Of a DNA stretch of 64,000 bases, positions 27,220 through 39,969 are shown piece after piece (position 1 is the first letter of the stretch; each line of letters begins with the position of its first letter). The notes under the pieces were generated by a model, which was not told where the DNA came from, searched no databases, and saw only the letters and a program-made list of their open reading frames with translations. Position numbers and translations under genes: made by a program. Origin of the DNA: the human T2T-CHM13v2.0 reference genome, Homo sapiens. The stretch lies in NCBI RefSeq assembly GCF_009914755.1, contig NC_060930.1; one strand, given 5' to 3'.

Positions 27220-30200
27220 ACAGCTTTGCCTGCCACTTATTGGCCAGAACACTAACACAGAGCCTCACCATGTGGCCTTGGCTTCCTCATAGCATGGCTA
27301 ACTCCAGTAGATGTGGTTGTTCAGGGCTGTGAAAACAAGCATGCTGACAATCAGATGGGAGCCATATTGCCTTTTATGACCTACCCATGGATGTACCAGT
27401 CTTATCGCCACACTAACAAAACTGCGTAAACCTGAGAGAGGAAGCGTAGATCCTAACTTTCAATGGGAGGGATGTCAGAACACTTCATAAAAAGAATTTA
27501 TGGTGTTGGAGATATTATTGTGGCCATCTTTGAGAACATGCAATCTGCTAGTCTGCCTTCTACCTCAATAATCAACTTGCTCTCATATACTAAATATAGC
27601 ACTGCCTGCCCACAAAATCCCTAAGTGTTATCCTACTATGACAATAGTTCATCAAAGTCCAGGATTTCCTCAGGTAAATCAGGTCCAACTATAGATGAGG
27701 CACTTTAGGTTTTCTATTGTGTGTAGAACTCCTAGAATACAATTTATCTCAATCTGAATTACTTATAAACTAAAGAAACAAGTTATCTGCCCTCCAGCTT
27801 CCTCCCCTGGACAGAATGCTATGATGAGATGGGCACAGAATAGCTGATATAGACACTCATTCAAAAAGATAAGGTTCTCAATGGTTATTCGTCCACAGAA
27901 TTTTCAGAATCCAGCCATGCACATGTTGCCAGATCAGTGTTTAGGGAAAAGTTCTGCCTGGGAGTACAGGGTGGATCTAGGCATTATGTTTCAAGCTCTT
28001 GGTTTTGCCCTCTGAAGACTCCTTCTTTTTCCATAGGAAATGGCATGTGTTTGTAACTGGGTATTTCTCTCCACCTGCCTTCTGCCTGTATCCCCTAAAG
28101 GAGTGTGAAATGATTTCTTTACTTTTCTATCTCTTCTGCTTTTAATTGAATAACATATACTAATAATCTATTTTTACAAGCTTATAGGCTTTCTGGGTAT
28201 CAATTTATAATCAATCTAGTAAACAAAATCCACATACACATCCACGAAAACGTTTCACTGAGAGATCCCTTTGAGTCTACTAAGGCATAAAGCATTTCAA
28301 GACCTTAAAAACTGTATTAGTTCATTTTCACACTGCTGATATAGACATACTGTGACTGGGAAGAAAAAGAGGTTTTAAGGGACTTACAGTTCCATGTGGC
28401 TGGGGAGGCCTCACAATCATGGCAGAAGGCAAGGAGGAGCAAGTCACATCTTACAGGGATGGCAGCGGGCAAAGAAAGAGCTTGTGCAGGGGAACTCTTC
28501 TTTATAAAACCATCAGATCTCTTGAGACTTATTCACTATCACAGGAACAGCATGAGAAAGACCCACCCCATGATTCAATTACCTCCCACTGGGTTCCTCC
28601 CATGACACATGGAAATTGAAGATGAGATTTGGGTGGGAACATAGCCAAACCATATCAATCCACCCCTGGCCCCTCCCAAATCTCATGTCCTCACATTTCA
28701 AAAACCAATCCTGCCTTCCCAACAGTCCCCAAAAGTTTTAACTCATTTCAGCATTAAATCAAAAGTTCACAGTCCAAAGTCTCATCTGAGACAAAGCAAG
28801 TCCCTTCTGCCCATGAGCCTGTAAAATCAAAAGCAAGTTAGTTACTTCCTAGATACAATGGGGGTACAGGCATTGGGTAAATACAGCCATTCTAAATGTG
28901 AGAAACTGGCCAAAGCAAACAGGCTACAGGCCCCATGCAAGTCCAAAATCCAGCGGGGTAGTCAAATCTGAAAGCATCAAAATGATCTCCTTTGACTCCA
29001 TGTCTCACATCCAGGTCATGCTGGTGCAAGAGGCGGGCTCCCACAGCCTTGGGCAGCTCCACCCCTGTGGCTTTGCAGGGTATAGTGGTATAGCTCCTCT
29101 CCTGGATGCTTCCATGGGCTGGCATTGAGTGTCTGAAGCTTTTCCAGGCACACAGTGCAAGCTGTCAGTGGATCTACTATTCTGGGGTCTGGAGGATGGT
29201 GGCCCTCTTCTCACAGCTTCACTAGGCAGTTCCTCAGTAGGGACTCTGTGTGGGAGCTCCAACTCCACATTTTTCTTCTGCATGGCCCTGACAGAAGTTC
29301 TCCATGAGGGCCCTGCCCCTGCAGCAAACTACTGCCTGGACATCTGGGCATTTCCATACATCCTCTGAAATCTAGGCAGAGGTTCTCAAACCTCAGTTCT
29401 TAACTTCTGTGCACCTGCAGACTCAACCCATGTGGAAGCTGCCAAGGGTTGGGGATTATACCCTCTAAAGCCATAGCCCAAGCTATACCTTGGCCCTTTT
29501 AAGTCACAGCTGGAGTGGCTGGGATGCAGGGCACCAAGTCCCTAGACTGCACACAGCATGGGGACCCTGGGACCAGATCACAAAACAATTTTTTCCTCCT
29601 AGGCCTCCAAGCCTGTGATGGGAGGGGCTGCAGTGAAGACCACTGACATGCCCTGAAGACGTTTTCCCCTTGTCTTTCAGATTGAATTTCAGCTCCTCAT
29701 TACTTATAGAAATTTCTGCAACTAACTTGAATTTATCCTCAGAAAATGGTATTTTCTTTTCTATCACATTGTCAGGGCAAACTTTCCAAACTTTTATGTT
29801 CTGTTTCCCTTTTAAAACTGAATGCCTTTAACAGCACCCAAGTCACATCTTGAATGTTTTGCTGCTTAGAAATTTCTTTCACAAGATACCCCAAATCATC
29901 TCTCTCAAATTTAAATCTCTAGGGCAGGGGCAAAATGCCACCAGTCTCTTTGCTAAAACATAACAACGTTCACCTTTGCTCCAGTTCCCAGCAAGTTCCT
30001 CATTTCCATCTGAGACTACCTAAGCCTGGACATTAATGTTCATATCACCATCAGCATTTTTGTCAAAGCCATTCAGCAAGTCTCTAGGAAGTTCCAAGCC
30101 TTCGCACATTTTCCTATCTGTCTTCTGAGTCCTCCATACTGTTCCAACCTTTGCCTTTTACCCAGTTCCAAAATTGCTTCCACATTTTCAGGTATCTTTT

Positions 30201-32197
30201 CAGCAACACCCCACTCCTGGTACCAATTTACTGTATTAGTCTGTTTTCACACTGCTGATATAGATATACCCAAGACTGGGAAGAAAAAGAGGTTGTAATG
30301 GACTCACAGTTCCATGTGGCAGGGGAGGCCTCACAATCATAGTGGAAGGCAAGGAGGATCAAGTCACTCTTATATGAATGGCAGCAGGCCAAGAGAGAGC
30401 TTGTACAGGGGGACTCCTCTTTATAAAACCATCATATCTCATGAGACTTATTCACTATCAATGAGAACAGCATGAGAAAGGCCCACCCCATGATTCAATT
30501 ACTTTGCACTGGCTTCATCCCATGACATGTGGGAATTGAAAATGAGATTTTGGTGGGGACACAGGCAAACCATATCACAAACCTTATTTTTTAACAGAGA
30601 TGTCCACAGACTATGCAATTATATTCTGAATCTATAAACACTGAAGCCTGAAGTATTAACAAATGGTTTTAAATTTGCATCCTTAGTTACATTTTTACCA
30701 TGAGACATTTTTTTGACAGTGACCTGGAGTTAAACTATGACACATGGCTATTTCTTACTCTATGAATCTTCTCTTAAAGCAGTAAGGAATGAGAGAGAGT
30801 TTTATTGGCAAACTCAGCAAATCTAGGCTCATTTATATTTATACTAAAATTTTTCTCTCTCATTTTATACCTGGCAGCTAGAAAATGACAAACTGCACAC
30901 TCAAAATTTTATGTGGAAATTTCCTTAGCTTGATCATCAAGTTAATTAATATATTGTCTATTTTCTATATTACTATAGTTGTCAATTTGATACTGTCTCT
31001 TAATATAAAAGATGTCCTTTTCTCTATCAGTAACATTTTCCTCACTTTCCTTTAAGCCCCACCTACAAACTCCCCTGGTCCCTCAGGCTTTTGCTAACAC
31101 CCTCTTTGACACCCTTTAGGCTTTAACTAATGGTCTCCTCAATATCCTTACAGCTTCTGCCACCAATCAGTATCACACCATCGTAATGTATTTTTGATTG
31201 TGTAAAGGCAGCACTTCATTCCTGATACCATGATTTATCTATTTTGGCTATTTATGTGTAACACATTAACCCAAAAGTTATGGTCCTAAAATGACCATTC
31301 AATAGAATGCTCACAGACCCCATAAAACACCAATTCAGAATGGGCACAGTTCTTTCTCCTCCTTATTCTGTAATAACAGATTGGCAGTGACTGGCTTGCT
31401 AGAGCAAAACTCATGTAGAGACTCCCTTATTTGCATGCCTGAAAGTTGATGGTGGCTGTCACTGGAGATCTCACTCAGCTGTAATGGTCAACCAGCTGGT
31501 AATCTATCACCTACTATGGCCTTTCTATGTGGCATGAGCACCCTAACAGGATGACAGCATTGGATTTCTCACATGGCACTTGGGGCTCCAAAGGCAAGTG
31601 TTCCAAGTGAATCAGGTGGAAACTCAGTACCTTTTGTGTCCTAATGGTATTACATAAAACAAAACAATCATTCGTTTTGCTGAGAAATGTGAATTTGGAC
31701 TTTGTTAGGCCGTTTTGTCTCTCTCCATATGGGTTCGTGTGAGGCAGCTTAACAGGGGATAAGATTATCCACTTTCAAGATGTTTCACTCACTTAGCTCA
31801 AAAAATGCTACTGGCCACAGCCTGGAAGTTCAGCCAGGGCCTGTGTGTGTGTGTGAGGTGGGGGGGTGTATGTTAAGGGGGGCAGGTGGGGAGATGGGGA
31901 GGTTTCATTTTATCTCCACGTGAACCTTTCCACAGTCTACTTGGACTTCCACAGGGCATAGTGATTCAGTTCTAAGAAAAGGTATCTCAATAGAATCAAA
32001 TGGAAACTATTATATCTTTGATGGTCCAGCTTTAGAAGTTACATAGCATCACTTTTGCCGTATTCATAAACAGACCTACATCCAAGAGGAGGACATATAC
32101 TTCACCTCACAATGAGAAGAGTATCTAAATTGCACTGAAGGTAATCTATAATGAAAGATACTGTTTTAGCCAACTTTAAAAATGTAATCTGCCAGAC
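27220..32197 (-). mobile_element. MLT1 (G/H-like) MaLR provirus: LTR part 27220-27552, MLT1-int 27553-31234 (split by THE1), LTR sequence 31235-32197
   Basis: LTR ends gagatattattgtggccatctttgagaacatgcaatctgc and aatgtaatctgccaga; int-like aaatcaggtccaactatagatgagg; int/LTR boundary cctgatacca, analogous to THE1 cctggtacca. Confidence 0.7.
28313..30577 (-). mobile_element. Full-length THE1 (A/B-like) MaLR element: LTR 28313-28657, int 28658-30231, LTR 30232-30577
   Basis: Two ~345-bp direct LTRs with tgtattag...catatca ends, ~1.57-kb internal region, 5-bp TSD aaaac/caaac; ORF 29005-29283 is a typical MaLR-int remnant. Confidence 0.96.
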
Positions 32198-33151
32198 CAC
32201 TCTACTATTCTACCCTTGGAGAAAGAAAAACAAGCCATGTATATTAAATATAACATAGGCAAACATATACATATGTAGATACATATATAAACAATCATGA
32301 AATCGAGATTCTTTTACCTTCAATAATTGTTATCTGAATTTTTAGTATTTTCTTAATTACCAGAGAGCCTGAATAGGTGTTTTGTGGCCAGTTTGAGCTT
32401 ATTGTATCAAACAGGTAAACTTAGGGAAAGACCTTATTAAGCACGAAGTCGTGGAGTTTGTTTTATTCTTGCTGTTGTTTCTTCAGGCTATGTTAGCAAT
32501 TAAAATTTCAATTTTATTTTTTGAGATAATCAGTAGATTTCACACTCCCACAAAATTTCTTGTATTAATAAGTGAAAATTATCTTAATTATTAGACCTAA
32601 GTGGAAATAAATATGCCAATTAACTGATCTCTCTGATTATAAAAGGCTGTTACTAATGTATAATATTGAGAGATAGTCAATTTCATTTCATGTCTTGATT
32701 TTAAAACAAAGTCAATCATAAAAAGTTAAACTTAGTCATTCACTTAAAATGAAAACAAAATAAAAAAATTCCAGAATGGAAACGAAAGATGGCACAGCTG
32801 GATTTTTTTATCACCCAAAATTACATTTCATGCCAGCAGTCTGTAGAAGAAAATAATTATCAGATTATATTCTGTATATTCTACTGTTAAATAATATAGT
32901 ATCTATATTAAAAACACATGTAATTTTCCCGATTTGGCCACATAAATATAAATGCTGCTTTTGCATGTTTGGTATTAGAAAACATAAGCATGGAATTTAA
33001 TGCCACACATAAAGTGTCACTAAACTTTAAGTAAACTCTGGATATATTCCAACCTATCATGTAATTTTGAACAGGTATTTATTTTCATGAAGTTAAATTG
33101 CTCAATATGTCTACATTATATAAGACTCCTAACATGTTGGCAGATAAATTC

Positions 33152-33218
33152 ATACATATATATATATATATGTATGTATATACACACACACATATATACA
33201 CACACACACATATATATA
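33152..33218. repeat. (TA)n/(CA)n microsatellite
   Basis: Directly visible. Confidence 0.92.
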
Positions 33219-33364
33219 AAAAATATTGAAATCCTCATATGGGAAAAGGCTCTTTATATTTAGCTTGCTGATGTAAGATGACTAACAGACAAACTATAAA
33301 TCAAAGACAAATTAAATATCTACCACATTTCACAGCTCTATTTGCTTTGAAATATTTGCTGAAG

Positions 33365-33998
33365 GGTTATGCATGGTAGCTCACACCTGTAATGCCTGCA
33401 CTTTGGAAGGCTGATGTGAGACGATCGCTTGAACCCAGGAATTCAAGACCAGCCTAGGCAACACAGTGAGACCCTGTCTCTACATGAAAAAAAAAAAAAA
33501 AGAAAGAAAAGAGAAAGAAAAAATTATGAGCTGGCTGCGGTGGCTTATGCCTGTAATCCCAGTACTTTGGGAGGCTGATGCGGGGGATCACTTATTGTCA
33601 GGAGTTCGAGACCAGCCTGGCCAACATGGTGAAACCCTGTCTGTACTAAAAATACAAAAAAATTAGCTGGGCATAGTGGCGCATGTTTGTAGTCCCAGTT
33701 ACTCAGGAGGCTGAATTAGGAGAATCACTTGAACCCAAGAGGCGGAGTTTGCAGTAATCTGAGAATCATGCTACTTCACTGCAGCCTGGGTGACAGAGTG
33801 AAACTTTGTCTCAAAAAGAAAAATGAAAAAGAAAAAAATAGCTATCTGTGGTGTCACACACACAGCTACTCGGGAGGCTGAGGCAAGAGGATCTCTTGAG
33901 CCCAAGAAGTCAAGGCTGTAGTCGGCCATGATCATGCTACTGCACTCCAGCCTGGGCAACAGTGCAAGACCCTGTCTCAAAATATATATATATATATA
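33365..33998 (+). mobile_element. AluJo split at its central linker (left arm 33365-33525, right arm 33838-33980, (TA)n tail)
   Basis: J-type gatcgcttgaacccaggaattcaagaccagcctaggcaacacagtgagaccc and gtcaaggctgtagtcggccatgatc. Confidence 0.9.
33529..33837 (+). mobile_element. AluS nested in the AluJo linker
   Basis: Complete dimer with S-type ccaacatggtgaaaccc and ggagaatcacttgaaccc, lying between the two J arms. Confidence 0.92.
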
Positions 33999-34084
33999 TT
34001 TGATGAAACAACTCAAACAGCAACCTTATGAAACATATAATAAGTTGATTGTGTTTTAAATAAGTTCTAGAGACAGGGATCTAG

Positions 34085-34763
34085 CAGAGATGGCTCTACA
34101 CTGTCAACTTATCTATGCCCGAACTACATTCCCCAGTATTCCCTTCCCTCTGTGATTCAGGTTAGGCATGGCCACAACAGAAATGTTTGCCAATTCAAGG
34201 ATGCAAAAAGTACATGAGCACTTCATTTTGAAGGTCTTCATAATGCACTGAGCTCCACTAGAGCTTACACGGGTGGCCAAAATATTCTATCATCCTTTGA
34301 GTATGCAGCTACTTTAGCTCCCCTCAACCCTCCTGCTTCAGCTTCTCCAGGTCCTGTACACATGTGGTTAGGCACATGTGCAGCTCCATGGGAATAGGTG
34401 CTAGCAACGTTTGCCAGAAACTAGCATTTCTGAGGTTGAAGTCAGTTAAAATCTTACTCCTACATCTTAACTGCTTCCAACACACATCACTGAGCCATTT
34501 ATTTTACATAAGTTCAGGGCTTCAGTTTGTTCCTCTCTATTCGACTTTTCCTTTGCTTTCCTCCATCATCGGATCAAATATTTTCTGCCTGCCAGTTGTC
34601 CTGACCTATAGCAATTTTAGATTCACCAGGAGACACAGTAGTGTAAGTCTTCCCTTGCATTCTTCAACAGCTCCCACATTTTTGTAATTTTATTCCTATA
34701 GTAAACACTCTCTTTCATATTACTCTACTAATATACTTCTTTGGTCAAACCCTAATCAATACA
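34085..34763 (+). mobile_element. LTR41-like ERVL solo LTR
   Basis: gatggct...tgtcaactt...gaactacattccccagtattcccttccc...ggccacaa start; aaaccctaatcaataca end. Confidence 0.7.
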
Positions 34764-35269
34764 TCAGTCAAGCTAGTTAAGTTAGGTTTTAGGACACTTA
34801 TTTCACACATGTTCAGGGCCTGGTTATTGTGTTTTGACAGTCCTTGCATGGGGCATTTTCCATGTTTCTCTACCAGCACATCTTTCTGCAATATTAAATA
34901 CATCCAGCAGATATTTAAGAAATAGTTGCTGGATGAGCACATAAATATGTGGGAGAGTGAATGAAATATGAATATCTCATCTCTCAAGCATCTTGAAGTA
35001 TGTATTACCAAAAAGTCAAGTACTATTCTCCAGTTTTATTGGGTCATATGAATTACCTGGGTTTATCTAGAGTGAGGCTTACAGAAATTGTTACATTACA
35101 AAAAATTATAAAATTGTGTTATCATTATAAAAAAACTAGCAATTCTATTCGTTGATCATATACCTTCTATGTATAAGCAATAAGATTTAGGGTAACTGTA
35201 CAGCTAAATAAATGATGCCATGAAATCTCCACATAAACTTACCATGAACTAACATTGCTGATGGTGATA

Positions 35270-35640
35270 TGAATGTCACCTCCCTGAAATCTAAAAGAGC
35301 ATCAATAACATATATCTCAGAAAAGTTGACATTTGAACTAGGTCTTGAATAACAGGAGATACTTTTTAGGGCACAACGCACATATAGATAGAAGTAGCAA
35401 TACAAAAGATTGGAGACACAAAATAGTACACAATGTTCACAAAATTGACTGGTGTGATATTACTAAGGATACTCATAATTTGTGCTTTGATAGGTAATTC
35501 TGAATCCAATGGAGATAAAAATTGGAAGTAAGAATTTGAGAATGGGGCACCGATTCGAAAGCTTAGTCTTTAATACTACAGAAAGGAGGTGTTTTGTATT
35601 ATTAGCTAAAGATTCTCATAGTTCATTGAGACCAATATAT
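35270..35640 (-). mobile_element. Possible L2 fragment
   Basis: gttgacatttgaactaggtcttgaataac resembles antisense L2. Confidence 0.4.
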
Positions 35641-38600
35641 CCTGTAAAGTGATGTACATCTCGGTTTGAAGATCAATTAAGAGGCAAGCACCATTAATTA
35701 AAACTGGTCCATCACTAGCAAATTGAGAATAACAAGTTAGGTTAAGAAATATGAGTGGCTTGTTTGAATAGATTTAAGGGAGAAGTCATATTTATTTCAA
35801 AGCTTGAAGTGAATTATAAGAATATAAATATATCTTCACATAAAGTTAATATATAAAAATAAAAAATTATCTGAACTACCTTCTTTAACAGTGAAAGCAT
35901 AATGTTTTCCCTGAGATTCTATCTTTAGATAACCCTTAGGTCCCAGATTGCTTTTGGTTTTCTAGATTAAGTTCTTAATGTCTCATAGATTTCTACTGAG
36001 ATTGTAACTATTCTACTCTCCAGGCTAGTCAAAGAAAAATATAGTCAAATTCCTTGGGGATGCGATCTAATCACAGCTGAAACATAGCATTTGAGAAACC
36101 ATTTCTCATAGACCAATATTAGCTCAATGCACACAAGTTATTATTTCACTGGAAAGATTCTTTCATCGGAGAATCAAGGGTAGTTTTAATTTTAGCACAA
36201 GTACTGTAACCTTCTTGAAACATACTTTCAAATATTACTTGAATTACTAACTTACAGCACTGATAGAAAAGGTATTTAACTTGAAGTTTTGCTTATATTG
36301 GTACAGAGAAATATTTTAGGGAAATAACTCCTTATCAGAATAAAGCAAAATTATTTTTTACATCAACCCTAATTTAACAGTGGAAATAATTTAACCATGT
36401 ATACTGATATTATGAAATAAAATTGACATTTGAGAGATTTATTAAAGATCTAAGGGAAAATTTCCAGACACTATGAAGTTGCTAAGCATGAAATCTTGAG
36501 AAAAACTTCAGAATAATAAAGAAATTGATTAATTTGTATATTACTTACATGTTCCTAGCTATAAACACACAGTTGGAAAAATACTATGCACAACAGGACC
36601 AACAAATCAAGGAATCACTCTAGATAAATTATATACTTAAAGACAGCCTCATGACAAAATAGTAAAGTTTTTGTACAATATCATACAAAAGTAAAGATAT
36701 TTAGTCATGCCACTATATTATACATATAAGTTCAAAGAGAAAATAAACATTTAGATAATTTGAGGTGACAACTATTGAAGCAAATATTTTATGGTCTGAA
36801 TGAAGTAATTTTGAAATTCTACTTAGAGGGTAACCTGAAACTCTATTATTAGTGTCATATATCTTCGGTTTTTTTTTTTTGGATGCAATTGTGCATACAA
36901 AAAGACTAAGGCTTGTAAACCGTTGGTTATTTGCTAATTCAATATTATTTAGTATCTGTAAGCACCATATATTCTTTTACCCAGGACATCTATAAGTAAA
37001 AATATATTGTCACGCTCTTCAAAAGATTTCCTGTGTGTTGATTAAAATATCTTGTTTTGGAGTTACTTCTTGTAATTGTTGTATAAAGAAAGATGCCTGA
37101 AGAACTCTACTCTGCAGAAAACAGATATAAATTGGACTAAACTTTCCAAAAGAGACTTCTTATTTAACTGAAAAAAAAAAATTAGAAGTGTTTACTGTGG
37201 AAGAGCTGTTACTTCTTTAGGTAAGAATGGTACTAAGATTGCGGCCTTCTTTTGCTACTTAGTCCAGGAAAACCAAAAATCAAAAACTTTAAAAAAATGA
37301 AAAGGAAGAAAGAGTTGCTACAAAGTATAATCTATAACACATAGTTTTTAACTAAGAATTATTAGAAAAGAAAAAGAAGAAAATATGAAAGTATTGCCCA
37401 TATTCAACTTGGTTTTTAAAAAGCAGTTGCTAGAAACGGATTCAGTGTGGGCACATGGTTGGGCTGAGGAAATACTTCAAAGCAACTATTTTAAAATAAA
37501 GACAAAATGTTTTTAAAACAAATGAAAATATACTAAGAATTATGAAACACTATTCTAGAGGTGAAAATATAATAACAAAAATTTCACTAAATATGTTAAA
37601 CAGAAATTTGGGATGGCAGAAGAAAGAATTATTGAATTTGAGAATACATCAACAGTAATTACTCTTAAATCAGAGGGAAACAAAAATTGGATGAAACATA
37701 AATGGAGCTCTAGAGAACAATGGAACAATATCAGGAATCCCCACAAATGAGTAATTTTTTCCAGAAAGTAAAAAGAAAGAAAGAAGTAGAAAAAAAAAAC
37801 TATTGGAAAAACATAATGGCTAAAAAGTTTCAAAATCTGGGTTAAAACTTTAAAAATTCAATAAACTCAATAAAACTCATACAGGGTTAAAACGAAGAAG
37901 ATTTACAAACAAAAATTTCTTAATGGCTGATTTCTCATCAGAAACAATAGAAAACAGAAGATACTTTTCAGAAGAATGACAAAGTGAAAGTGAAACACAC
38001 ACACCACAAATTGTCAAGTAAGAATATGTATTCAGCAAAATTGACTTTAATAAAGAAAGATAAAATAAAGACAGTTCTAGATTTTAAAATAATGATAAAA
38101 GATAAACAGAGAATGTTATGTCTAGGAGAGCTGTCCTACAAGAAATACTAAAGAAAGCTCTCCAGGCTGAAAAGAAATGGCGCTAGATTGTAAAACTCAC
38201 CTGGACAGGAAGAAATGAAGAAAATTAGAAATAGTAAATATCAGGGTAATTATAAAATATTCACGTTTTCTTTTTCTGTTGATTAATTAAAAACCATATG
38301 ACTATTTAAAGTAAAAACTACACATACACACACACACACAGAGAGAGACTAGCAGGAAAAAAGGGCAAGGAAATGGAGCTGTGCTGATAAGAACTGCTAT
38401 ATTTTAGCCAATGTAAATCAATATTAACTGAAATAGATTATGATAAATTAAATATATATATTGTAAACTTTGGGGCAACTACTAAAAAGCTCAGGTTTGG
38501 AACAAGGCAAGGAAATTTACCTTCACACTGCTATTCACCATTGGAATGGAGGCTCTGCTCCCCTCTAAAAAAAGTAATAAACCAAGAAAAGAAATAAAAA

Positions 38601-39416
38601 TCATGCAGTTGGAAAAAAGAAAGCAAAACTGTCTTTATTCACAGAGAATATCATGGTGTATGTGGAAAACTCTAATTAGTCTATAAGAGAGCCACTGAAA
38701 TTAGTCAGTAAATTTAGTGAAGACACGGAATACAAATTAATATGCAAACAATTATGTCTCTATATACTATTCTCAAACAATTCAAAAAGGAAATTTTATA
38801 AATATTCTATTTACAAAGGTAAGAAAAATACTATTTACAAAAAAGTTAGTGAAAGATGTGCTGTGCATGTACTGTATATTAAAAGCTATAAAACATTGCT
38901 AAGAGAAAGTAAGGAACATCTAAACAAATAGACATGTCCTTTTCATGTACTGGAATACTTAATGTTGTTAAGAAGGCAATTCTCCCTAAATTGATATATA
39001 AATTTTAAATATTTCATAATAAAATCCTGGATTTTATCTAGAAATTGAAAAATTTTATTATTTATTTTGTATGTATATTATTTATATCTATCTATCTATA
39101 TACAGCAGCTAAACAATTTTGAAACAGTGGAATGCAGACTTATACTACATGATTTTAAAACATAATATAATACTTTGGGACTCTGTAGCAAACAAGACTG
39201 CAGTATTACTGTAAGGAGAACCATATAGATAAACACAACATAGTAAAGGTTCAGATATTTACCAAAACACATATGGACAATTGATTTTCCAAAAAAGATG
39301 TCAAGAAAATGTAATAGGAAAAGTATGACATTTTTAATAACTGTAGTAGAACAATTGTTTATACAAATGCAAAAAACAAACAAATAGACTCTCACACCAC
39401 TATACCTGGTAAAGTA

Positions 39417-39969
39417 TGTTCCTGGCCGACAGACAAAATGGATTCCCCACGGCAAACTGAGCTGCTAGAAGTTAAACCAGAAGCAGATGGTCATGGCGGG
39501 GTGAAGGAGCAGTCACTGGACTCTGTGTTCTCGGAAAGGTGTGAAACTATCACAAGACCTCCCTTTACACAATCAAGCCAAATCGATTGCAGTTTTAGGT
39601 GTCAAAATAAACTTCCAGAAATACCCCCTTCCATTCCCCAGTTTGAAACACGTGATGGAGACTTCTGATTTCCAGCTTGGAAAACAACAAATAAGAGGTC
39701 ACCTGGCACAGTCATGAAGGCTCAGCTATATCAACCAATCAGAACTCAGCTGTGCCAACCAATCAAAAGTAAATGTTTCAAGCCTTCATTTGCAGAAACA
39801 GACCTGATTGAGATCTTGAACAGGAACTTTTGCCTTAAACCCCAAACCCTCTCTTTGTTCTCTGTAATGAACCTTTGTTTTACACTGAAGACTGCATCTT
39901 CCTGATTTGAAAACTGTTTACAGGAATAAAGTCTCTTTCCTTCAAAATTTTCAGACAATTTTGTTCACA
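39417..39969 (+). mobile_element. ERV1 (MER4-group) solo LTR, LTR35/LTR36-like
   Basis: TG...CA termini, paired caaccaatca boxes, aataaagtctctttcc poly(A) region, ttttgttcaca end; interrupts L1 ORF2. Family name tentative. Confidence 0.7.

Noticed and set aside
24488-28900. The two THE1 LTR+int segments as a local segmental duplication
   Set aside because: They differ at subfamily-level positions (gggtaatgtacaaagaaaag vs gggaagaaaaag; presence vs absence of the gggagctgccatgc segment), so they are independent insertions.
28892-29767. THE1-int ORFs as a functional retroviral gene
   Set aside because: Short, frameshifted remnants of the non-autonomous MaLR internal ORF; no pol or env motifs.
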